The notes under the pieces were generated by a model. The model made no database searches. It was not told the DNA's origin and worked only from the letters and a program-made list of their open reading frames with translations. A DNA stretch of 64,000 nucleotides from a virus, in the IMG/VR virus record IMGVR_UViG_3300006931_000005, positions 1 through 64,000 of that record; one strand, given 5' to 3'. Every line of letters starts with the position of its first letter. Position 1 is the stretch's first letter. The translations under genes and the position numbers were made by a program. Shown here in pieces: positions 27,358 through 36,555 of the stretch.

Positions 27358-27431
27358 GCGGAAGTAGCTCAATGGTAGAGCCGCCGTTTTCCAAACGGCA
27401 CACGAGAGTTCGATTCTCTCTTTCCGCTCCA
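27358..27431 (+). tRNA. tRNA-Gly (anticodon TCC)
   Basis: GCGGAAG/TTTCCGC acceptor, GCTC/GAGC D-arm, GCCGT-TTTCCAA-ACGGC anticodon arm, GAGAG-TTCGATT-CTCTC T-arm, encoded TCCA. Confidence 0.96.
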
Positions 27432-27439
27432 ATTACCGA

Positions 27440-27516
27440 GTGCCGGAATCAGATTCCGTCAGCCTAGTTGCATGGGCGCATTGCATCCGCAGCGGTGGGC
27501 GAATTCCACCGCACGA
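27440..27516 (+). ncRNA. tRNA-like structured RNA 2
   Basis: Hairpins CGGAAT/ATTCCG, GCCTA/TGGGC and T-arm-like GGTGG-GCGAATT-CCACC. Confidence 0.4.
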
Positions 27517-27526
27517 TTTGCAGAGC

Positions 27527-27612
27527 GGTGGGTGCGGAGTACGGCTCGTAGCTGGATACTACGGATGCGGCCAACCAGTCCGAGTGGAAAAGCCAGCACG
27601 CACCTGCCACCA
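27527..27612 (+). ncRNA. Degenerate class II tRNA-like RNA (GGA anticodon, Ser-like)
   Basis: GGTGGGT/ACCTGCC acceptor plus ACCA; GAG-TACGG-CTC; CGTAG-CTGGATA-CTACG; non-canonical T-arm; 86 nt. Confidence 0.55.
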
Positions 27613-27619
27613 ATTTGAA

Positions 27620-28033
27620 ATGGAAAAAAAACGACTAATTTTTAACTCGCCGACGAATGACGAGCTTAAAGTGCTGAAGCACTTTTTGCCGAAGATCAAG
27701 GCGCAAGCCGAGTCCGAGGCGTCAACTGATGTCAAAGCCAAGCGCGGTGCTCTAGTTCAAAAATTCTGCGGCATCTGCGGCGAGAGCCTGATCGACAAGC
27801 AGAAGCGAAGTCCGAATCCAAAATTGTGCAAAGAGTGCGATGAATTTTTAACCGCTGGCCAGACCGCTCTTGTCACGATGGATGGGCGCTATGCGTTTGT
27901 ACAATCTGACGGCTCCGAGGAGGCAAAGGCGATAGCTGGAAAAATCATTCCGGTTGAATCCAAGCTGCTGGATGAAATGGCGCAGAAACAAGGCATCGAA
28001 ATCAAAGAGAATCCCAATGTCAAAAACAACTGA
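27620..28033 (+). CDS. Zinc-binding hypothetical protein
   Basis: CGIC...CKEC; start moved to ATG 27620. Confidence 0.75.
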   Translation: MEKKRLIFNSPTNDELKVLKHFLPKIKAQAESEASTDVKAKRGALVQKFCGICGESLIDKQKRSPNPKLCKECDEFLTAGQTALVTMDGRYAFVQSDGSEEAKAIAGKIIPVESKLLDEMAQKQGIEIKENPNVKNN

Positions 28034-28376
28034 TAAAACCCTTCTGGAATTTATGAATCGCATCCCCCCGGCGCTCTGCCGGGCGATGGCCGTGAATTGC
28101 GGCAAGGGCAAGACGCCGGTTCTCAAGCCGAACGAGGAGATCGTCGAGCGGAGCGGTCTCAATCTGCGAACGATCTGCCGGTTGAACTACGCGCCGTCGT
28201 GGAAGGGAATCCGCATCGAGGTCGCGTCCGCGTTCATCTACGGCTGCGGTTTCAACATCCTGAAAAACAGCGACGTGAACCGGTTTTTGAAATTGAAAAC
28301 GGCGACGGACTTTTCACACCTGATGCCGTTCCAGAAGAAGCTGCTTTGGCAGGCGATGAACTGGTCTGAAAAATAA
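28017..28376 (+). CDS. Putative HTH DNA-binding protein
   Basis: EEIVERSGLNLRTICRL. Confidence 0.6.
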   Translation: MSKTTDKTLLEFMNRIPPALCRAMAVNCGKGKTPVLKPNEEIVERSGLNLRTICRLNYAPSWKGIRIEVASAFIYGCGFNILKNSDVNRFLKLKTATDFSHLMPFQKKLLWQAMNWSEK

Positions 28377-28378
28377 TT

Positions 28379-28828
28379 ATGAAATTGCAATTTGGCTGCG
28401 GTGAAAACAGGCTCCCGGACTTCGAGAACCATGACAATGACCTCGATGTGTGTGTCTGGCCACTTCCGTTCCCTGACGGAAGCGCCGACATCATATTCGC
28501 CGAACATCTGGGGGAGCACCTGAATTCGCCGCAGCTTCTTGGCTTTCTGACCGAGTGCTACCGCATCCTGAAGCCCGGTGGTGTCATGCGCCTTTGCTGC
28601 CCGGTGATCGGGCCGCACCTGAAGCGTGAGCACGCCCGCGATCTGGCGATCAACCATGGCCATCAGCAGACGTTGAACCGTGAGTCGATGTTCACATTCC
28701 TGTGGATGGCTGGATTCGATTGGGGCTCGATCAATGCCACCGAGCGCCGTGATATAGATGGTCACTGGAAGATTATCGGCAAAGAGAAGGATGATCTGGA
28801 GACCTGTCGCATGGAGGCTAGGAAGTGA
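28379..28828 (+). CDS. Class I SAM-dependent methyltransferase
   Basis: LQFGCG...LPFPDGSADIIFAEHLGEHL...ECYRILKPGG. Confidence 0.9.
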   Translation: MKLQFGCGENRLPDFENHDNDLDVCVWPLPFPDGSADIIFAEHLGEHLNSPQLLGFLTECYRILKPGGVMRLCCPVIGPHLKREHARDLAINHGHQQTLNRESMFTFLWMAGFDWGSINATERRDIDGHWKIIGKEKDDLETCRMEARK

Positions 28829-29178
28829 AGTGGGCCACGCTCATCCTGCTGCTCGCGCTCCAGCTCCGGGCCGCTGACAACCAGCCAGTGATCTACACGA
28901 CGTTCGTGTATAACGATTTTTACACGGGTCGTCAGTATTGCTCGTGCTATGCGAGCAACGTCCAATACGGCACGCTTTGGGAGTTTCAAGTTAATACAAA
29001 CCTCGCCACGACCAACTGGGTTCATTTTGGCAGCGATTACTACACCGGATGGGGGACAAATTATTACTGGGTGCCGTATGCGATGGCAGACTGGCCGACG
29101 GATCGTGGCCCGCAGGCTTTTTTTCGGATGCGCCAGATTGGTACAAATTTTATGTTCTACCCGTTTTATCAGCTATGA
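28825..29178 (+). CDS. Secreted protein with TNL..W..FFR tail
   Basis: Signal peptide MKWATLILLLALQLRA; QVNTNLATTNW...QAFFRM. Confidence 0.7.
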   Translation: MKWATLILLLALQLRAADNQPVIYTTFVYNDFYTGRQYCSCYASNVQYGTLWEFQVNTNLATTNWVHFGSDYYTGWGTNYYWVPYAMADWPTDRGPQAFFRMRQIGTNFMFYPFYQL

Positions 29179-29744
29179 ACGAAATCATCCATCTGCCGAA
29201 ACGCATCGACCTGATCGCCATGCTACCGCAGGGCTCGGTGATCGCCGAGATTGGCGTCTGGCGCGGTTACTTCTCTTGCGAGATGCTGAACTTGCCGAAT
29301 CTTGGCCATCTCTACCTGATCGACGCATGGAAGTCCCAGCCCGGTTACAACGATCCGCTGTCCGATGCCGACCACGAGGCGAATCTGGCGGAGACCAAGC
29401 GCAACATTAGCGGCCACATTCCCGGTGGCCGGGTCACGATCATCCGTGCCGATTCGGACAAGGCTGTCACGCACGAGCATTTCAAAGAGCAGCCACGGCT
29501 CGATGCGATCTTTCTCGACGCCGATCATTCGTATGACGCAGTTCTCCGCGATCTCCGGTACTGGGTGAAATTCGTCAAGCCTAACGGCTGGATCATGGGC
29601 CATGATTACACGAACAACGCCATGTCCCAGCAGCACAAGTGGGGCGTGATCCCGGCTGTCGCTGATTTCTGTGACGAATTTGGCTGGAAACTCACACACC
29701 TGACCGACGAGGATTTTGCGTCCTTCGGCCTGCGAAAAGCATGA
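29175..29744 (+). CDS. SAM-dependent methyltransferase (Methyltransf_24-like)
   Basis: AEIGVWRG...IDAW...IFLDADHSY...GHDY. Confidence 0.9.
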   Translation: MNEIIHLPKRIDLIAMLPQGSVIAEIGVWRGYFSCEMLNLPNLGHLYLIDAWKSQPGYNDPLSDADHEANLAETKRNISGHIPGGRVTIIRADSDKAVTHEHFKEQPRLDAIFLDADHSYDAVLRDLRYWVKFVKPNGWIMGHDYTNNAMSQQHKWGVIPAVADFCDEFGWKLTHLTDEDFASFGLRKA

Positions 29745-30325
29745 TCCCGAAAATCATTCATCAAGTCTGGTTCGGCGACCGGCCTGAAGAAATCCGGCAG
29801 TTGATGCTCACCGTCCGGGCGATCCATCCGGGCTGGGAGATCAGGATGTGGCACGAGGACAACATCGAAAAGCTTGGCCTGAACTGGGCTGATCTGATCG
29901 ACAAATGCCAGAACGCCGCCAGCGTCTCGAATATCGTCCGGCTTTTTGCTGTGCTGCAATTTGGCGGATTTTATTTGGACTGCGATGTGCGCTGTCAGAA
30001 TCCGTTGACGCCATTGCTGATTCACCGGGCTGTGGCTGCTTTTCAGGGCCAGACAGATGAGCGTATTTGCAATGCGATTTTTGGTGCCGAGCCGAAGCAT
30101 CCGTGGATCGCGTGGCAGCTAAATGGAGATAATCTTGAGAAGCTGAAAAATGCCGATGCCGCTCGCGGTGTTTACATTATGACCGAAGCACCGCGCCAAG
30201 GTCTTTCGCTAATCTGGAGCCACAAATTTTATCCAATCGGCTGGGAGAATCCGCCCAAAGAACGCAAGCTGCCGACTGACAGCTTCACCGATCACTATTG
30301 GAACGGGAGCTGGAAGGAGAAATGA
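29741..30325 (+). CDS. Glycosyltransferase, GT32/OCH1-like
   Basis: IPKIIHQVW...SNIVRL...GGFYLDCD...HYWNGSW. Confidence 0.92.
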   Translation: MIPKIIHQVWFGDRPEEIRQLMLTVRAIHPGWEIRMWHEDNIEKLGLNWADLIDKCQNAASVSNIVRLFAVLQFGGFYLDCDVRCQNPLTPLLIHRAVAAFQGQTDERICNAIFGAEPKHPWIAWQLNGDNLEKLKNADAARGVYIMTEAPRQGLSLIWSHKFYPIGWENPPKERKLPTDSFTDHYWNGSWKEK

Positions 30326-30579
30326 AAATTAAACAGATAGATTGGCAAGAAAGGCCAAGCGAGCGTTACCCAAATTCAAAACTTTGGGTTGGTAGCGTAG
30401 GTGGTAAATTTATTTTTGGCGCTACAAATTCAATGCAAGACGGAAGCGGTCAGTGGGGACTCCAGTTTTTCATCGGCCTACATCCAGATGAAAACGTGAA
30501 GTGGTTTCCAACTGTTGAAAAAATGAAAGAGGCGGCAACATTGCTTCTTGAAAACCACGTCAAAGGATTGATCGAATGA
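30322..30579 (+). CDS. Hypothetical protein
   Basis: Coupled ORF, AT-richer than its neighbours. Confidence 0.6.
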   Translation: MKIKQIDWQERPSERYPNSKLWVGSVGGKFIFGATNSMQDGSGQWGLQFFIGLHPDENVKWFPTVEKMKEAATLLLENHVKGLIE

Positions 30580-31574
30580 AATATCTTGTAACAGGCGGAG
30601 CCGGTTTTATCGGCAGTCATCTGGTGGACGCGCTGCTCGCGGACATCAATACCACCGAGGTCAGGATCATCGACGATTTCTCGTCCGGCAAGATCGAGCA
30701 CCTGTACCAGCACGGCGCGAACGTGGCCGATGGTCGTCTGAAGATTCACAAATTTGATCTGGTTCAACCCAACCCGGCAACCCATGTATGCTTCAAAGAC
30801 ATTGATTGTGTTTTCCATCTGTCTGCTAATCCCGATGCCCGTCTCGGAATCGAGAATACTCATTTGGATTTGGAGCAGGAGGTACTGGCTACCTACAACG
30901 TGCTTGATGCCATGCGTCGGGCTGGTTGTAAGAAGATCATTTTTTCTTCCTCCGGCACGGTCTATGGAGACATCGGCACAACTCCGGCGAAAGAAGGTAT
31001 GGGAGAACGTCACCCGATTAGTCTCTACGGGGCAGGTAAAGTTTCCAGCGAAGCCTTCATCGCAGCTTATTGCGGAACTTTCGGCTTTTCGTCGGTGATC
31101 TTCCGTTTCGGCAACGTCGTCGGTGAGCGCACCACTCACGGCTGCATTTTTGATTTCATGGCCAAGATCAAAAAGCACCCGGACAAGTTGGTGGTGCTCG
31201 GCAATGGCAAGCAATCGAAGCCTTATATCTACGTCCGCGACATTGCTGCTGGGTTGATCCACGGCCTTACCATGCTTACAGGCGGAGGCATGGGGCCGGG
31301 AAGCTGTTTTCCGTTCAATCTAGCACCGTCTGGTGCTACAACTGTTCAGTTTATCGCCGAGGAGCTGGTTCGTCAGATGGGGCTCGAAGGAAAAATCGAG
31401 ATCGTTTACGGCGAATCAGAATCAGGCTGGGCTGGCGACGTGCCACACTCACGCATGGACGCATCGAATCTTGAATTGTACGGATTCAAGCCCAGCCTGA
31501 CCTCCGACGGCGCGGTGATGCGGGCGATCTACGAAATCTTGAACTACAAGCAACCCGAACCTCCGAAAGAATGA
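30576..31574 (+). CDS. NAD-dependent nucleotide-sugar epimerase/dehydratase (GalE-like)
   Basis: TGGAGFIG, FSSS, YGAGK catalytic motif, RFGNVVG. Confidence 0.93.
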   Translation: MKYLVTGGAGFIGSHLVDALLADINTTEVRIIDDFSSGKIEHLYQHGANVADGRLKIHKFDLVQPNPATHVCFKDIDCVFHLSANPDARLGIENTHLDLEQEVLATYNVLDAMRRAGCKKIIFSSSGTVYGDIGTTPAKEGMGERHPISLYGAGKVSSEAFIAAYCGTFGFSSVIFRFGNVVGERTTHGCIFDFMAKIKKHPDKLVVLGNGKQSKPYIYVRDIAAGLIHGLTMLTGGGMGPGSCFPFNLAPSGATTVQFIAEELVRQMGLEGKIEIVYGESESGWAGDVPHSRMDASNLELYGFKPSLTSDGAVMRAIYEILNYKQPEPPKE

Positions 31575-32269
31575 AGCCTCAACCCTATATGCTCGGCTCT
31601 GGCTACCACTGGGAATTTCACCGTGGCCCGGACACGTTTTTCAAAACGTGGATGGACAACATCTGCCGCCTCGATGTAAAGCCGGATAAGATCGTCATCA
31701 TCGCCGATACCGGAGCCCGGCCACCGATTGACGGCCTGTTCATTCCGGCGACGATCCCAGTGATCCCAATCCACTTGAGCGGCGATCTGGGTAACTGCCA
31801 TGTGTTGCTAAACGGGATCAAGCAGCACAAGTTCTCCGGTTGGACTGGCGCAGTTTGCCAGTTGGCCTTGACCGCTTACTGCGATGAGAAGGATTTTATT
31901 TTCTTCGAGCAGGACGTGCTCGCCTTCGGCCCGATCATCCACAAGATGTACGAGGAGATCAAAGACGCCGGGATAATCTTCGGCAAATGCAACTGGATGC
32001 CCTGCGAGCAAAGCCTGTTTCTTGTTCGCCACCATTACATCCCGGAATTCGTTCGACTTTTCTTGAGCCAAGGCCCGCAGAATTGCGAGGAGAATCTTGG
32101 CGAGCACATTTTCATGCGTCTCGCCCGCGAGCACACGAAGGACTGGTTTCAATTTGAAATCCAGTACGGTCGTAACCGGCCCATCAATTTTGATGATCCG
32201 GTTTTCTACGCCCAAAAATGGGAGCCCTGCGAGCTCGCGGAGCTTCTGAAACGCACAATGATAATTTGA
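31571..32269 (+). CDS. Putative GT-A fold glycosyltransferase
   Basis: DFIFFEQDVL (DxD-like) and cluster context. Confidence 0.55.
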   Translation: MKPQPYMLGSGYHWEFHRGPDTFFKTWMDNICRLDVKPDKIVIIADTGARPPIDGLFIPATIPVIPIHLSGDLGNCHVLLNGIKQHKFSGWTGAVCQLALTAYCDEKDFIFFEQDVLAFGPIIHKMYEEIKDAGIIFGKCNWMPCEQSLFLVRHHYIPEFVRLFLSQGPQNCEENLGEHIFMRLAREHTKDWFQFEIQYGRNRPINFDDPVFYAQKWEPCELAELLKRTMII

Positions 32270-32298
32270 CCGCAGTAAACCAATAAACAAAAACTGAT

Positions 32299-32658
32299 AT
32301 GCACGACCACGACCCATCACTAACCGCATTTAACAACTTGGCCAATTCTGAATTGACCAGAAAAATGAACGAGCTGAACGCCGCTGGCGTCCAGATGGAG
32401 ATGCCGAAATACAAATGCCACAAGCAGGTCTGGGCATTGAAGATCGGCGTGCTCCGTGATCCAACCGAGCCCGGAAACGAATCAGACGGAAGCCGCATCA
32501 TCATTCCGGTCGAGCCCGGCTACGCGCCGTTTAAGGTCGATGCTGATTTCGTCAGGAAGCATAAGCCTGAAGCTGGCGGCTACTACGTCGTTTACGCTGA
32601 TGGCTATAAATCCTATTCGCCAGCGAAAGCTTTCGAGGATGGTTACACCAAAATCTGA
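32299..32658 (+). CDS. Conserved phage protein (GYYVVY.DGY.SYSP...FE.GY family)
   Basis: YKCHKQVWALKI...GGYYVVYADGYKSYSPAKAFEDGY. Confidence 0.75.
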   Translation: MHDHDPSLTAFNNLANSELTRKMNELNAAGVQMEMPKYKCHKQVWALKIGVLRDPTEPGNESDGSRIIIPVEPGYAPFKVDADFVRKHKPEAGGYYVVYADGYKSYSPAKAFEDGYTKI

Positions 32659-32660
32659 TT

Positions 32661-33515
32661 ATGCACGATCCAATGACACAGATATGCTCATGGCCCAGCT
32701 ACGATTTCCAGCAGCGGTATAAAAACCGCTGGTGGTTTCCGAAGTGGCTGGGAAATTTTACGCTGTTCACGCTCTGGCACGTCGATCCATGCAAGCGCAA
32801 GGGCCGGTCGGTGCGCGGCGATGATTCCTGCGGCTGGTTTATGCGGTCGGGCCACGGCGACCCGGAGGTGCTGGCCAAGATCGTCAGCCGGTTCAAATTC
32901 GACTGGGATCGCACGTTCACGTCGGACGACAAGCGCGTTTATTTCTGCGGCCTGTTCTGCCCGAACGGTGATCCACACCATTCCGTTCAAGCCATCGTGT
33001 TGAATCTTTTCTTCGATGCCGCGAATGTTTATTTCACGGTCGATGGTCGGTCGAACTGGAAAAAGACCCGGAAATGGATGCAGAAAAATTTGTTCGACAT
33101 CCTGATGTTTGCGGAAAATCCGACCGACAGCCTGTTCGACGGCATCACCCGTAAGTTCAGCGATGGAGCCGCCGAGTCGCCGCGTGACCGCGAGGAGCGG
33201 ATCGAGCGCATGGCATCGTGCATCTACGGCTGGATTCTGCGCGAGCAGCGGCCTTGGTATCGCCATCCCCGCTGGCATATCAATCACTGGAGCATCCAGA
33301 TTCATCCGTGGCAAAAGATTCACCGCTGGCTGTTCGCCCGGTGCGCGATCTGTAAGCGCGGATTCAAATATGGCGAGACGCCCATGGGCAACTGGGGTGG
33401 TGATAAAATCTGGCATCAGAAATGTGATGCGGCACAATGCCCCGATCCATGTAGCGGATCGCAGCTTGCACAGCAGGCGGGAGTCACGCCGGATAAACCT
33501 TGGCCGAGAAAATAA
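32661..33515 (+). CDS. Hypothetical Trp-rich phage protein
   Basis: TLWHVDP...DDSCGWF...RPWYRHPRWH. Confidence 0.75.
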   Translation: MHDPMTQICSWPSYDFQQRYKNRWWFPKWLGNFTLFTLWHVDPCKRKGRSVRGDDSCGWFMRSGHGDPEVLAKIVSRFKFDWDRTFTSDDKRVYFCGLFCPNGDPHHSVQAIVLNLFFDAANVYFTVDGRSNWKKTRKWMQKNLFDILMFAENPTDSLFDGITRKFSDGAAESPRDREERIERMASCIYGWILREQRPWYRHPRWHINHWSIQIHPWQKIHRWLFARCAICKRGFKYGETPMGNWGGDKIWHQKCDAAQCPDPCSGSQLAQQAGVTPDKPWPRK

Positions 33516-33517
33516 TT

Positions 33518-35788
33518 ATGGGAGTAACAGCAATCTTGGTGGCAACTGGTCGGATCGAACGCTTGAACGAGGCGATAGCCAGCTTTCTGGATCAGGATTT
33601 GGAGGACAAGCAACTCATCGTTTTTAACTCTTGCTTCCGGCAGACGTTGAGCGGCGACTTTCCGAATGTCATTTTCATCAATGCGAAGGAAATGACGATG
33701 CCAATGCGGTGCAAAAACATCTCCATCGAAAACGCGAAGCACCCGATCATCGTTTTATGGAGCGAGATTGATTACTACCTGCCCGGCCACCTTTCGCGTG
33801 TGGTAAAAAACATGGAAGGCCGTGATTGGTGCTGGTTCGAGCGTGAATTCCAGTCGGATCATCGCCGCCACCTCCGGGTTGAGCAGGGCTCTGAATCTGT
33901 GTTCTCATTTTCCCGCACAGCATGGCGCAAGGTCGGCGGCTTTCATCCCGGCATCAACGGCGCGGACGACCGTAACTTCATCGCCCGTGTCACGGGTGAA
34001 TGCGAGGGCCAGAAGATTCCCACCTCGCCCGCCGAGATCACCTTCATTCGCGTTGGAAACGAAGAAGCGCGGGCCGCGTGCAAGCCTACAATCAAGAGCG
34101 GGCCGATCAAGGTTGAGCCGCTTTTATCCCGCGACTATCGCAGCCAGATTCTCCAGTTTCTTTCCGGCAAGATTGAGAACAAAGTCTGCGTCGTTGAGCT
34201 GGGCCGGTTCGGTGATCTCATCAACATTCTGCCCTATCTGCGGATGATCCACGAGCTGTACGATACGCCCGCCGTCTGCGTCAGTCAGGAATTTGTTTCG
34301 CTGTTCGACGGGATTTCCTACGTCAAGCCGTGGCCGCTGCCGATCAAGAACGAGGAGCTGGGCCAAGCCCTGTCGCTGGCCAAGGAGGAATTCTCCATTG
34401 TCATCAACGCGCAAATCTGGGGCCGTGGCTGGTCGCAGCGCCGGACTACCGAAAGCTACAACAAGGAGAGCTGGGCCAACTGTGGCATCCTGAATCTTTT
34501 TGAGGACAAGGAGATCAGACCCGCGTTCGACCGGCGTGATCCGGCGCGTGAAGCGCAGCTCATCAAAACGGTTCTTACTTCTGACGTTGACTCGCTCGTA
34601 TCTCCGGGCATCACCGAACCCTTGCTGGTCGCCAGCAGGCCGGTGATCTTGGTGAACACCAGCAAGGCCATCAGCTCGCCGTGTCCAACGTGTGATGTCG
34701 TGCTCGACGAGATCAGGAAGCTCTGGGGTGTTGATAACATTGTCGTTGATCTGGCCAAGGTCACGGCGGAAAGAATTTACGATCTGCTCGGACTGTTTGA
34801 AATCTCATCGTGCCTCGTGTGCATCGACAGCGCGTTCCTTCATCTCGCGCAGGCAGTGGACATCGGGATCGTGGCGATCACTAACCCAAAGCCGTGGGCA
34901 GGTACAATCGTCCGCCGAAATTTGGTGGCGCAGACCGACTACGAGAAGCTGGACATGGCCAAGATTCACGAGGGCATTGCAGCCTGCCTAAACATTGGGC
35001 CTTTGAGGATCAAAACGCCGGAGATTCTGAAGCCGTTGCTGTACCGGGCCTTCAACTTGATCGACAAGTTTGAGGATTCGGACGAGATGGCGATCCGCCG
35101 CAAATCGCACGCCGTAAAATCACAGGATGATCTTTACGAGAACGGCAGGCTGACCCCGATCCATGTCTGGGATTACCCGCGCACGGCGGACAAGGAGCTT
35201 GGCGATCCGCGCAGGCTTCCGTACCTGAAAGACCTGTTCCAGAAATTCTTGGACGTGTCTGAAAACGCCAATGATGTCTGCATCTGGTCGAACGACGACA
35301 CGATCCTGCATCCAAACATCGTGGAGTACGCAAAATTTCATTGCGCGGTGTACGGCGCTTGCTCGTTCTTCCGCAGCGAGTTTGGGCCGAACCCTCCGTC
35401 ACTTGAATCAAGGCCGGAAGATTACGCCCGGCAATCGCGTGGCCGTCACATTGGGCGTGATGCGTTCGCCTTCAGCCGTAGTTGGCTGCATGAGAATTGG
35501 GACGACATACCGGACTTCGTGCTTGGTGCGTCTGGCTGGGATTTGTGCATGGCGGCGATCATCCGGCTGACCTTCGGCATCAAGACGACCGGCGCAAACC
35601 TTGGCGAGCAGATTTTCCCGGCAGAGCCGCCGAACGGGTATGTCGGCCACATCGCGCACAAGTCGCTCTGGAATCTGGAGCACACGGTTAATTCGCCGTC
35701 GAACGTCTGGAACGGAAAGCTGTTTCGCAAGTGGTCGGAGAAAAACGACATGGCGCTTCAGTTTACGCCGGAAAATAATCTCGCATGA
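33518..35788 (+). CDS. Multidomain glycosyltransferase (GT2-like, GT9-like, GT-A-like)
   Basis: LNEAIASFLDQD; LGRFGDLINILP...CIDSAFLHLA; LPYLKDL...WSNDD. Confidence 0.82.
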   Translation: MGVTAILVATGRIERLNEAIASFLDQDLEDKQLIVFNSCFRQTLSGDFPNVIFINAKEMTMPMRCKNISIENAKHPIIVLWSEIDYYLPGHLSRVVKNMEGRDWCWFEREFQSDHRRHLRVEQGSESVFSFSRTAWRKVGGFHPGINGADDRNFIARVTGECEGQKIPTSPAEITFIRVGNEEARAACKPTIKSGPIKVEPLLSRDYRSQILQFLSGKIENKVCVVELGRFGDLINILPYLRMIHELYDTPAVCVSQEFVSLFDGISYVKPWPLPIKNEELGQALSLAKEEFSIVINAQIWGRGWSQRRTTESYNKESWANCGILNLFEDKEIRPAFDRRDPAREAQLIKTVLTSDVDSLVSPGITEPLLVASRPVILVNTSKAISSPCPTCDVVLDEIRKLWGVDNIVVDLAKVTAERIYDLLGLFEISSCLVCIDSAFLHLAQAVDIGIVAITNPKPWAGTIVRRNLVAQTDYEKLDMAKIHEGIAACLNIGPLRIKTPEILKPLLYRAFNLIDKFEDSDEMAIRRKSHAVKSQDDLYENGRLTPIHVWDYPRTADKELGDPRRLPYLKDLFQKFLDVSENANDVCIWSNDDTILHPNIVEYAKFHCAVYGACSFFRSEFGPNPPSLESRPEDYARQSRGRHIGRDAFAFSRSWLHENWDDIPDFVLGASGWDLCMAAIIRLTFGIKTTGANLGEQIFPAEPPNGYVGHIAHKSLWNLEHTVNSPSNVWNGKLFRKWSEKNDMALQFTPENNLA

Positions 35789-36555
35789 CACCCCTGCACA
35801 TTTTCACGCTGGCGCTGGACGCCATCGACTTCCTGCCGTGGCAGCTTGAGACCTTCGAGGCGCTGAATCGCCCGTGGACGTGGCATATCATCACCGGAGT
35901 CGCCGACAATGTGGCGGATACAAAATGGTGCTCCAAGATCGCGCCACGGTTAAGCCGTGACGGTACGGAAGAATGGCTGGCGAAGCACGCGAAGCATCCG
36001 AACATCCGCGTTTATAGACGCCAGCTCTGGCCGGGCAAGACCGCCATGTGCAATGCGGCCACCTCTAAGATCAACGAGGACTGCGTGCTCATGCAGATCG
36101 ACGCGGACGAAATTTGGACTGCCGGGCAGCTCGAAAAAATCTGCAAACTATACGAGTCCGGTAGCTACGACCGCATCAGATTTCTGTGTCGGTACTTTGT
36201 AGGCGAGAGCTTGGTCGTGTCATCCAACTGCGGCTGGGGGAACAAGCCCGGCGAGTGGAGCCGGTCGTGGCTGTTCCGGCCCGGTATGTTTTTCACCTGT
36301 CACGAGCCGCCCGTGCTGGAGGGCTGTGGACGGCGTGAGATGTCACGCGAAGAATCGAGCGGTCATGGTCTCGTTTTCGATCATCTGGCGTATGTGATGG
36401 AGCGTCAGGTGGCGTTCAAGGAAAAGTATTACAAGTACGCCGGGGCGGTTGATGGCTGGCGTCGTTTACAGGCGCAGACAGAATTCCCGTGCAGGCTGAA
36501 GCCGTTTATGCCGTGGGTGGACGACGGTACGATGGTGGACAAGATCAAAGCCTGA
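35785..36555 (+). CDS. Glycosyltransferase, GT2-like
   Basis: SRDGT.EWL...LMQIDADEIW...HEPP. Confidence 0.8.
   Translation: MTPLHIFTLALDAIDFLPWQLETFEALNRPWTWHIITGVADNVADTKWCSKIAPRLSRDGTEEWLAKHAKHPNIRVYRRQLWPGKTAMCNAATSKINEDCVLMQIDADEIWTAGQLEKICKLYESGSYDRIRFLCRYFVGESLVVSSNCGWGNKPGEWSRSWLFRPGMFFTCHEPPVLEGCGRREMSREESSGHGLVFDHLAYVMERQVAFKEKYYKYAGAVDGWRRLQAQTEFPCRLKPFMPWVDDGTMVDKIKA

Noticed and set aside
27440-27619. N-terminal extension of ORF 27440..28033
   Set aside because: It overlaps the tRNA-like RNAs; ATG 27620 is the better start.
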